64,000 bases of DNA. It comes from Proteobacteria bacterium UBA5680 (lineage in GTDB: Bacteria > Pseudomonadota > Gammaproteobacteria > Arenicellales > UBA5680). A program made the translations under genes and the position numbers. The notes under the pieces are model-generated. The model was not told the origin of the DNA and did no database searches. It saw nothing but the letters and a program-made list of their open reading frames with translations. The stretch covers positions 21,599 to 85,598 of the forward strand of contig DIIC01000009.1 of assembly GCA_002420425.1 (NCBI GenBank), read 5' to 3'. Shown piece by piece: positions 56,585-64,000 of the stretch (position 1 is the stretch's first letter; every line of letters begins with the position of its first letter).

Positions 56585-57364
56585 ATGATGATTCTGCACC
56601 CCGGAATTGATCCAGTGGCTATTTCGTTGGGCCCACTCCAGATTCACTGGTACGGGGTGATGTATCTTGTGGCTTTTGTTGGCGGGGCTTGGCTTGGCGT
56701 TTACAGGAGCAACAGGCCCGATTCGGGCTGGAAGCCAAATGAAGTCTGGGACCTGCTCTTCTATGTTGCTCTCGGGGTGATTTTGGGGGGACGACTCGGC
56801 TATGTTGTCTTCTACAACCTCTCTTACTTCATCGACCATCCCCAGGAAATTGTCTATATCTGGACGGGTGGAATGTCATTTCACGGCGGGCTTCTTGGCG
56901 TCCTGACGGCCATCTTTTGGTTTGCCAGACGCACCCATCGATCCTTCTTTGCTGTTGCTGACTTTCTTGCCCCACTGTTCCCCCTTGGGATTGGAGCGGT
57001 AAGAATCAGTAATTTTATCAATCAGGAACTTTGGGGGAGAGTAACCGATCTCCCGTGGGGTGTTGTCTTCTCAACAGGGGGCCCTCTTCCAAGACATCCG
57101 ACCCAGCTCTATGAAGCCTTTCTTGAGGGGGTGTTGCTGTTCGTTATATTGTGGCTCTACTCGGGAGAGCACCGACGACCAGGCAGGGTTTCCGCTCTCT
57201 TTTTGATCATCTATGGGCTCTCTCGGATTACGGTTGAATTTGTTCGCATGCCGGATGATCACATTGGTTATCTCTACGGCGGATGGGTCACCATGGGACA
57301 CCTTCTCAGCCTGCCCATGCTTCTTCTAGGGGTAGCTGTATTCTGGCGAAGCAGTCGGTCCTGA
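56585..57364 (+). CDS. lgt: Prolipoprotein diacylglyceryl transferase
   Basis: HWYG, GGRLGY, GGMSFHGG, NFINQELWGR, RHPTQLYEA. Confidence 0.97.
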   Translation: MMILHPGIDPVAISLGPLQIHWYGVMYLVAFVGGAWLGVYRSNRPDSGWKPNEVWDLLFYVALGVILGGRLGYVVFYNLSYFIDHPQEIVYIWTGGMSFHGGLLGVLTAIFWFARRTHRSFFAVADFLAPLFPLGIGAVRISNFINQELWGRVTDLPWGVVFSTGGPLPRHPTQLYEAFLEGVLLFVILWLYSGEHRRPGRVSALFLIIYGLSRITVEFVRMPDDHIGYLYGGWVTMGHLLSLPMLLLGVAVFWRSSRS

Positions 57365-57368
57365 CACG

Positions 57369-58259
57369 GTGAAGTCGATTTATCTGATAGACGCTTCAAT
57401 CTACATTTTTCGTGGCTGGTTCTCACTGCCTGTAGAGATCGTTGATCGTCAGGGCAACCCCTCTAATGCGATCGTGGGTTATGCCCGATTTTTGACTGAG
57501 CTTTTGGAGCGGCGAGGGGTCAGGAGGGTGGTTGCCATGTTTGATGAGCCCCTTGAAGGGCTCAATCGAAAAAGGCTGTACCCACCCTATAAGGCGAATC
57601 GGGAAGCGGCACCTGAAGAACTGAAGCGGCAATTTAATGTTGTTCGCAGACTTTCAGAGTTGCTCGGTGTTCCTACCTTCTCTCATGCCAATCATGAGGC
57701 CGATGACCTGATTGCGACTGGGGCCAGAGTTGCCCGAGAGCAGGGTTATAGTGTCACTGTGGTCTCGGCAGACAAGGATCTGGCCCAATTGATTGGGCCA
57801 CAAGACAGGTTATTGGATTGGGCAAGAAACCGCAGTGAAGGTCCGGGCCAGATCAAGGAGCGGCTTGGGGTATACCCTGAACAGGTGATTGACTATCTTG
57901 CTTTAACGGGTGATTCGGTAGACAACGTCCCCGGGGTGCCCGGGGTCGGACCCAAAAGTGCAAGGGTGCTGCTAAAGGCATTCAATACGCTGGATGGGGT
58001 CTATCGCAACCTGGAATCACTCGAAGGGATAGGGCTTCGATCCCCGGGCCGTACAGCGAAACAACTTAAGCAGGGGAAGGAACTTGCTGAGCTCTCAAAA
58101 CAACTGGTCACCCTCAAACAGGATATTCCACAGGTTGAAGAGAGGCTCTTCTCTCAGGGAGAGGGGATAGATCATGGCCAGCTTGAGGCTGTAATTAATG
58201 AGTATGGGTTTGGTTCATATCTTGCCCGGAGAATGAGACTGCTCACCGGGGCAGGCTAA
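57369..58259 (+). CDS. Stand-alone 5'-3' exonuclease / flap endonuclease (Xni-like)
   Basis: LIDAS, YKANR, EADD.IAT, SADKDL.Q, GD.VDNVPGVPG.G.K H3TH motif. Confidence 0.9.
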   Translation: MKSIYLIDASIYIFRGWFSLPVEIVDRQGNPSNAIVGYARFLTELLERRGVRRVVAMFDEPLEGLNRKRLYPPYKANREAAPEELKRQFNVVRRLSELLGVPTFSHANHEADDLIATGARVAREQGYSVTVVSADKDLAQLIGPQDRLLDWARNRSEGPGQIKERLGVYPEQVIDYLALTGDSVDNVPGVPGVGPKSARVLLKAFNTLDGVYRNLESLEGIGLRSPGRTAKQLKQGKELAELSKQLVTLKQDIPQVEERLFSQGEGIDHGQLEAVINEYGFGSYLARRMRLLTGAG

Positions 58260-58274
58260 AACTTGCAATCAGTC

Positions 58275-60641
58275 TCAGATCTCCTTGCCCGCCAGATAGA
58301 GCCAGGTCTGCACAACACTATCCGGATTTAGGGAGACACTGGCGATGCCCTCATCCATAAGCCAGCGTGCCAGATCGGGGTGATCAGAGGGACCCTGGCC
58401 ACAGATACCAATATATTTATCCGCTCGGTTGCAGGCCTGGATCGCTTTGTGGAGCAGTGCTTTAACAGCGGGATCACGCTCATCAAAGAGATGGGCAATG
58501 ACACCAGAGTCGCGGTCCAGGCCGAGGGTAAGCTGGGTGAGGTCGTTTGATCCAATTGAGAAACCATCGAAATGTTGCAGGAACTCATCAGCCATTATTG
58601 CATTTGACGGTACCTCACACATCATGATCACTTTAAGGTCATTCTCTCCCCGTGTCAGGCCGTTCTCGGCAAGTAGAGCGATCACCTCTTCGGCCTCTTG
58701 GAGGGTGCGTACAAAGGGCACCATGATCCAGATATTGGTCAGCCCCATTTCACTGCGTACTTTTCGAAGGGCCTGACACTCAAGCTCAAAGCAGTCACGA
58801 AAAGAGGGGTCGATGTATCGTGATGCGCCTCGGAAACCAATCATGGGGTTTTCTTCCTTGGGCTCAAACTGATCACCTCCCAACATATTGGCATACTCAT
58901 TTGACTTGAAGTCAGAGAGACGGACGATGACGGGTTTTGGATTGAAGGCCGCACCCAGCGTTGCGATGCCTTCACACAGCTTCTCTGTACAAAAGTCGAT
59001 GGGGTCGGAATAACCTCCAGTACGTTCCAGTATCTGTTGCTGGAGGTTTGGCAGCATTTTATCGAAATTGATAAGCGCCTTGGGGTGGATGCCGATAGAG
59101 TTGTTAATGATGAATTCAAGGCGGGCGAGGCCAACCCCGGCGTTGGGGATCCATTGAAAGGCAAAGGCCCTCTCTGGATTACCTACATTCATCATTACCT
59201 TAAAGGGGAGTTCAGGCATTGAATCCAGGCTGATCTTGCTCTGTTCAAAGGGCAGGAGCCCTTTATAGACATAGCCTGTATCACCTTCAGAACAGGAGAC
59301 AGTGGCTTTTATGCCGCTGCTCAGGGTTTTAGTCGCATCGCCACAACCAACAACGGCGGGAACACCCAACTCTCTGGCGATAATAGCGGCATGGCAGGTA
59401 CGTCCCCCCCTGTTGGTAACGATTGCAGCAGCCCTTTTCATCACTGGTTCCCAGTCAGGATCTGTCATGTCCGTTACCAGAATATCCCCTTCCTTGACTT
59501 GATCAAGCTGGCTGATATCGGGGATGACCCGAACTTGTCCGGCACCGATTCGTTGGCCAATTGATCGGCCAGTGGTCAGCACCTCCCCTCTCTCTTTGAG
59601 GTGAAAGCGCTCAAGCTCACTCTTGTTACTTCGGCTCTCGACCGTCTCTGGACGTGCCTGGAGAATATAGAGATGACCCTCTTCTCCATCCAGGCCCCAC
59701 TCGATGTCCATCGGTCGGCCGTAGTGCTCTTCGATGATTACCGCCATCCTGGCCAGGTTCTCTACATCACTGTCATCCAGGGAGAAACAGTTGCGATCCC
59801 CAGCATCGGTCTCAATAGTGGTGACAGGGTCATCTGCGGAGTCATCACTGTAGACCATCTTGATCGCCTTGCTTCCCAGATTCCGTCTGAGTATTGCCGG
59901 ACGGTTTTCTGCCAGTCCTCGTTTATAGACATAGAACTCGTCAGGATTGACCGATCCCTGGACAACACACTCTCCAAGTCCCCAGGAAGAGGTGATAAAG
60001 ACAACTCCAGGAAAGCCCGATTCCGTGTCCATGGTGAACATGACTCCACTGGAGCCAATGTCACTTCTGACCATCCGTTGGATTCCTGCTGAAAGCGAGA
60101 CTTCTGCATGGTCAAATCCATGATGGACCCGATAGGAGATGGCACGATCATTGAACAGAGAGGCAAAGACCAGTTTTACTGCATTGAGAACATTCTCGAC
60201 CCCCTGGACGTTGAGGAAGGTCTCCTGCTGGCCTGCAAATGAGGCTTCTGGAAGGTCCTCTGCTGTGGCTGAGGAGCGGACTGCAACTGCAACATCTTTG
60301 CCATTCACCCCAAGGGCGCGGTAGCCTTCAGTGATCGCCGCTTCAAAATCGGGGGTTAAAGGGGTATCAATGATCCAGCTACGGATGGCAGCGCCGGCCT
60401 GGGCAAGGGCTGTGACATCATCAACATTCAGATCAGCGAGGAGTTGGTGGATTTTATTATCCACTCCGCTCTGGCTGAGAAAGGCTCGATAGGCCTCGGC
60501 AGTGGTTGCAAACCCTCCAGGAACACGAATTCCGGCCCCAGAGAGGTTACTGATCATCTCACCGAGAGATGCATTTTTACCACCAACGGTGGCAACATCT
60601 TCAATTCCCAGGGTCTCAAACCATTGGATCATCTTATTCAC
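58275..60641 (-). CDS. ppsA: Phosphoenolpyruvate synthase
   Basis: [34 protein letters not shown] phospho-His, [19 protein letters not shown]; GTG start at 60641. Confidence 0.97.
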   Translation of the reverse strand: MNKMIQWFETLGIEDVATVGGKNASLGEMISNLSGAGIRVPGGFATTAEAYRAFLSQSGVDNKIHQLLADLNVDDVTALAQAGAAIRSWIIDTPLTPDFEAAITEGYRALGVNGKDVAVAVRSSATAEDLPEASFAGQQETFLNVQGVENVLNAVKLVFASLFNDRAISYRVHHGFDHAEVSLSAGIQRMVRSDIGSSGVMFTMDTESGFPGVVFITSSWGLGECVVQGSVNPDEFYVYKRGLAENRPAILRRNLGSKAIKMVYSDDSADDPVTTIETDAGDRNCFSLDDSDVENLARMAVIIEEHYGRPMDIEWGLDGEEGHLYILQARPETVESRSNKSELERFHLKERGEVLTTGRSIGQRIGAGQVRVIPDISQLDQVKEGDILVTDMTDPDWEPVMKRAAAIVTNRGGRTCHAAIIARELGVPAVVGCGDATKTLSSGIKATVSCSEGDTGYVYKGLLPFEQSKISLDSMPELPFKVMMNVGNPERAFAFQWIPNAGVGLARLEFIINNSIGIHPKALINFDKMLPNLQQQILERTGGYSDPIDFCTEKLCEGIATLGAAFNPKPVIVRLSDFKSNEYANMLGGDQFEPKEENPMIGFRGASRYIDPSFRDCFELECQALRKVRSEMGLTNIWIMVPFVRTLQEAEEVIALLAENGLTRGENDLKVIMMCEVPSNAIMADEFLQHFDGFSIGSNDLTQLTLGLDRDSGVIAHLFDERDPAVKALLHKAIQACNRADKYIGICGQGPSDHPDLARWLMDEGIASVSLNPDSVVQTWLYLAGKEI

Positions 60642-60798
60642 AGATCGGCCTCGTTGGGGAGCAGATACTCCAATAATAAATAAACCATATACTCTTAAAT
60701 AGGGATTGTCAGTTTTTGAACGATTATTAAGCAAGCCAATTATTTCAATATATTTTATTGGTGTGACCAATATGGATCACAACAAGGAGCTCTTCACC

Positions 60799-61635
60799 AT
60801 GCAGAACCCAAGAAAGCCGACCCGACCTGTTGTTATTGTTTCGGACAACACTGGAATTACAGCAGAAACATTAAGCCACAGTCTCCTCTCCCAATTTCCA
60901 GATATCAAGTTTGTAACCGAGGTCCTGCCGTTTGTGGTGGACGAGGATCGGGTTTTCAATGCAGTAGACCGGATCAATGGGCTCGCCCGTGACCATGCCT
61001 CCACCCCCCTTGTCTTTGTCACTCTGGTGGTCAGTGAACATCGTCGGTTACTGGAGACAGCGCAAGGGGTCTTTTTTGACCTCTTTGATACTTTTATCGC
61101 CCCTCTGGAGGAGGAACTCGAACATGATTCAAACCACAGCCTGGGTCAGTCACATGGAATGACAGATATAAAACGCTATAGTTCCAGAATTGGGGCAATC
61201 AACTACTCAGTTCACACCGATGACGGGGTTAACACCACCGACTATGAACGAGCTGAAGTGATCCTTACCGGGGTATCCCGCTCAGGCAAAACACCAACTT
61301 GCCTCTATCTCGCACTCCATTTCGGAATTTTTGCAGCCAATTTTCCACTTACTACAGATGAACTTGATATAGGAAAGCTGCCTGATGCACTGGTTAAGAA
61401 CAGGCATCGGGTCTTCGGCCTGACTATTGATCCAGAGCGGCTCCAGCAGATCCGCCAGGAGCGGCGTTCTCGGGGACGTTATTCAGACCCCAAGCAGTGT
61501 CGCTTTGAGGTTAACCAGGCAGAAGCGCTTTTTCGCAGAGAGAGTATTCCACACGTCAATTCGACCTCGATGTCCATTGAGGAGATCAGTGCCAAGATAC
61601 TCCATCGCATGCAACTTCATCGTGAGTTCCTCTAG
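60799..61635 (+). CDS. ppsR: PEP synthase regulatory protein (DUF299)
   Basis: SD.TGITAE, GVSRSGKTPTCLYLA, ANFPL, SIEEI; divergent from ppsA; ATG after AAGGAG. Confidence 0.93.
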   Translation: MQNPRKPTRPVVIVSDNTGITAETLSHSLLSQFPDIKFVTEVLPFVVDEDRVFNAVDRINGLARDHASTPLVFVTLVVSEHRRLLETAQGVFFDLFDTFIAPLEEELEHDSNHSLGQSHGMTDIKRYSSRIGAINYSVHTDDGVNTTDYERAEVILTGVSRSGKTPTCLYLALHFGIFAANFPLTTDELDIGKLPDALVKNRHRVFGLTIDPERLQQIRQERRSRGRYSDPKQCRFEVNQAEALFRRESIPHVNSTSMSIEEISAKILHRMQLHREFL

Positions 61636-61807
61636 TGGGCCCCTCTCACCAGAGAGAGGGGAGTATTACCTCTTTGATTCTGGGGGAGCCGGTGGCGTGA
61701 TCTAACATCTTAAATAGAGAAGCAGGGAGACTCTGGGAGGTCTTTTTTGGTTTCACCTTGGTTAGAATATGCGGATCGACCACTCTCTCCTCAATGAGCA
61801 GGCCTCA

Positions 61808-63142
61808 ATGATTGAAAACAGTCCCAGCATTGGATTCGTAAGCCTTGGTTGTCCAAAAGCGACGGTTGACTCGGAGAAGATCATTACCCAACTGCAGGCA
61901 GAGGGTTATCTGATCGCTCCCAGTTATCAAGGCGCAGATCTTGTGGTTGTGAATACCTGTGGCTTTATCGATGAAGCAATTGATGAATCACTCGATGCGA
62001 TCACAGAGGCATTGGCAGAAAACGGCAGGGTGATCGTGACAGGGTGTCTTGGCGCCCGTGAGAGTGTGATCAGAGAACACTGTCCGGAGATTCTTGCTGT
62101 AACGGGGCCAGATGCAACAGATGAAGTGTTAAATGCGGTTCACACCCATTTAGCGCCTCCACACTCCCCCTACACCAGCCTGATCCCTCCAGGAGGGGTA
62201 AAGCTGACCCCCCGTCATTATGGCTATCTGAAGATCTCTGAGGGGTGCAACCATCATTGCACCTTTTGTGTCATACCTGCGCTCAGGGGCCGCCTGGAGA
62301 GCAGGCCCCTTGAAGAGGTGATGAGTGAAGCCGAGGCCTTGGTGACAGCAGGAGTGAGAGAGCTGATTGTGGTCTCTCAGGACACCAGTGCCTATGGAGT
62401 GGACCTTGGCCACACTTCAGCGCTTTGGAGAGGAGAGGAGGTCAATACCAGCCTGGTCGACCTCGCCCGAGAGCTTGGTGAACTCGGAGTCTGGATTCGG
62501 CTTCACTATATCTATCCCTATCCCAATGTTGATCAGCTCCTGCCGCTAATGGCTGAAGGAAAAATCCTGCCCTATCTCGACGTTCCCCTACAGCATGCAA
62601 GCCCAATAATATTAAAAGCAATGAAACGACCTGCTGATATTCACAATACCCTGGAGCGAATCAGGGGTTGGCGCAGCGTCTGTCCCGAACTGGCTATCAG
62701 AAGTACATTTATTGTTGGTTTTCCCGGGGAGACCGATCAAGACTTTGAAGAATTGCTTGATTTTGTAACAGTAGCGGAGCTCGATCGAGTAGGGGCCTTT
62801 ATCTACTCCCCGGTAGAGGGGGCTTCAGCAAACCAGCTCGCCGGTAGCGTCGATCCCTCACTTCAGGAGGAACGACTTTCCAGATTGATGGCATTACAGT
62901 GTTCGATCTCAAAAGCGAAGCTGAAGAACCTCCTGGGTGATCAGATGAGGGTGCTGGTCGACAAGGCAGATGAAGAGGGGATTGCCGCACGCTCTTATGC
63001 CAATGCCCCAGAGGTGGATGGTCAGATCCATCTTGACGCTGTGGAGGGCATTGTTTCTGGAGACTTTTTTGATGTAGAGATTACCGGTTCAGATGATCAT
63101 GATCTTTTTGGGAGAGCGATCAATCATCCTGCTGATCTTTAG
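61808..63142 (+). CDS. rimO: Ribosomal protein S12 methylthiotransferase
   Basis: [31 protein letters not shown] radical-SAM motif, RLHY.YP, APEVDG TRAM domain. Confidence 0.95.
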   Translation: MIENSPSIGFVSLGCPKATVDSEKIITQLQAEGYLIAPSYQGADLVVVNTCGFIDEAIDESLDAITEALAENGRVIVTGCLGARESVIREHCPEILAVTGPDATDEVLNAVHTHLAPPHSPYTSLIPPGGVKLTPRHYGYLKISEGCNHHCTFCVIPALRGRLESRPLEEVMSEAEALVTAGVRELIVVSQDTSAYGVDLGHTSALWRGEEVNTSLVDLARELGELGVWIRLHYIYPYPNVDQLLPLMAEGKILPYLDVPLQHASPIILKAMKRPADIHNTLERIRGWRSVCPELAIRSTFIVGFPGETDQDFEELLDFVTVAELDRVGAFIYSPVEGASANQLAGSVDPSLQEERLSRLMALQCSISKAKLKNLLGDQMRVLVDKADEEGIAARSYANAPEVDGQIHLDAVEGIVSGDFFDVEITGSDDHDLFGRAINHPADL

Positions 63143-63193
63143 CCACAACTCCCTGTATACTCCGCGCCCTTCTGTCTAACTCTTCGTAATGTT

Positions 63194-64000
63194 ATGAGTG
63201 AATTCCAAATCGAAGTTCAGCGGCGGCGTACTTTTGCCATCATCTCTCATCCGGATGCCGGCAAAACCACGCTGACTGAACGTCTGTTATTGGGGGGTGG
63301 GGCGATCCAGATGGCGGGTACGGTTAAAGCCCGTAAAGCAAGCCGTCATGCCACCTCTGACTGGATGGCCCTGGAGAAGGAGCGGGGGATTTCAGTGACC
63401 TCTTCCGTGATGCAGTTTGAACACGCCAAGAGCGTGGTCAATCTTTTGGATACTCCGGGGCATGCTGACTTCTCTGAAGACACCTACCGAACGTTGACAG
63501 CTGTTGATTCCGCTTTGATGGTCATCGATGCGGCAAAGGGTGTTGAGGCCCGTACGATCAAACTGATGGAAGTCTGCCGCCTGCGAGATACCCCCATCAT
63601 CAGTTTTATTAACAAGCTCGATCGTGAGGGTCGTGACCCGATTGAGCTTCTTGATGAAGTTGAGTCTGTTCTTGGTATTCATTGCGCCCCAATGACCTGG
63701 CCTATTGGGTCTGGAAGCCGGTTCAAAGGGGTCTATCGGCTCTATGACGACACTACCCATCTGTGGGAAGGGCGGCCGGGTGAGGGTCAGGGCGAAGTGA
63801 TTTCAGGGCTGGAAAATTCAGAGCTGGATCATCTGCTCTTGGATCAGGCTGATGAGCTTCGTGAGGCCGTTGACCTTGTTCGTGGCGCCTCTGAGCCATT
63901 TTCCACTGCAGGTTATCTCACCGGTCGACAGACTCCGGTCTTCTTTGGTTCTGCACTCTCCGGTGCGGGGGTAGAGGAGATGCTGGATAATTTTGTTGAC
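63194..64000 (+). CDS. prfC: Peptide chain release factor 3 (3'-partial at window edge)
   Basis: [52 protein letters not shown]; absent from the ORF track because no stop lies in the window. Confidence 0.96.
   Translation, partial: MSEFQIEVQRRRTFAIISHPDAGKTTLTERLLLGGGAIQMAGTVKARKASRHATSDWMALEKERGISVTSSVMQFEHAKSVVNLLDTPGHADFSEDTYRTLTAVDSALMVIDAAKGVEARTIKLMEVCRLRDTPIISFINKLDREGRDPIELLDEVESVLGIHCAPMTWPIGSGSRFKGVYRLYDDTTHLWEGRPGEGQGEVISGLENSELDHLLLDQADELREAVDLVRGASEPFSTAGYLTGRQTPVFFGSALSGAGVEEMLDNFVD

Overview
Chromosomal segment of what appears to be a Gammaproteobacterium, judged from conserved dprA-smg-topA, mrcA/aroK-aroB-gltBD...hemE and ppsA/ppsR synteny. The window opens inside dprA and closes inside prfC. 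Accessory metabolic modules are interleaved with the housekeeping genes. (i) An apparently decaying insert after topA (omega-aminotransferase, aldehyde dehydrogenase, truncated SAM methyltransferase). (ii) An Lrp/AsnC regulator divergent from an AdmH/EncP-like MIO enzyme (probable phenylalanine 2,3-aminomutase with an unusual Ser-Ser-Gly MIO triad) plus a beta-phenylalanine-aminotransferase-like enzyme, beside a feruloyl-CoA-synthetase-like ligase. (iii) A complete B12-dependent propionyl-CoA/methylmalonyl-CoA operon. (iv) A Campylobacterota-like peroxiredoxin with a PerR/Irr-type box. The best candidate for an undescribed system is module (ii): a catabolic, non-NRPS Phe -> beta-Phe -> benzoylacetate route. 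Also noted are a 37-bp repeat/29-bp spacer/37-bp repeat unit upstream of topA, a candidate sRNA at about 27.7-27.9 kb, and the absence of pilMNOPQ from its usual site. No rRNA, tRNA, transposase, integrase or cas genes were seen. All family assignments come from motif recognition by eye and recalled homologs, not from database searches.
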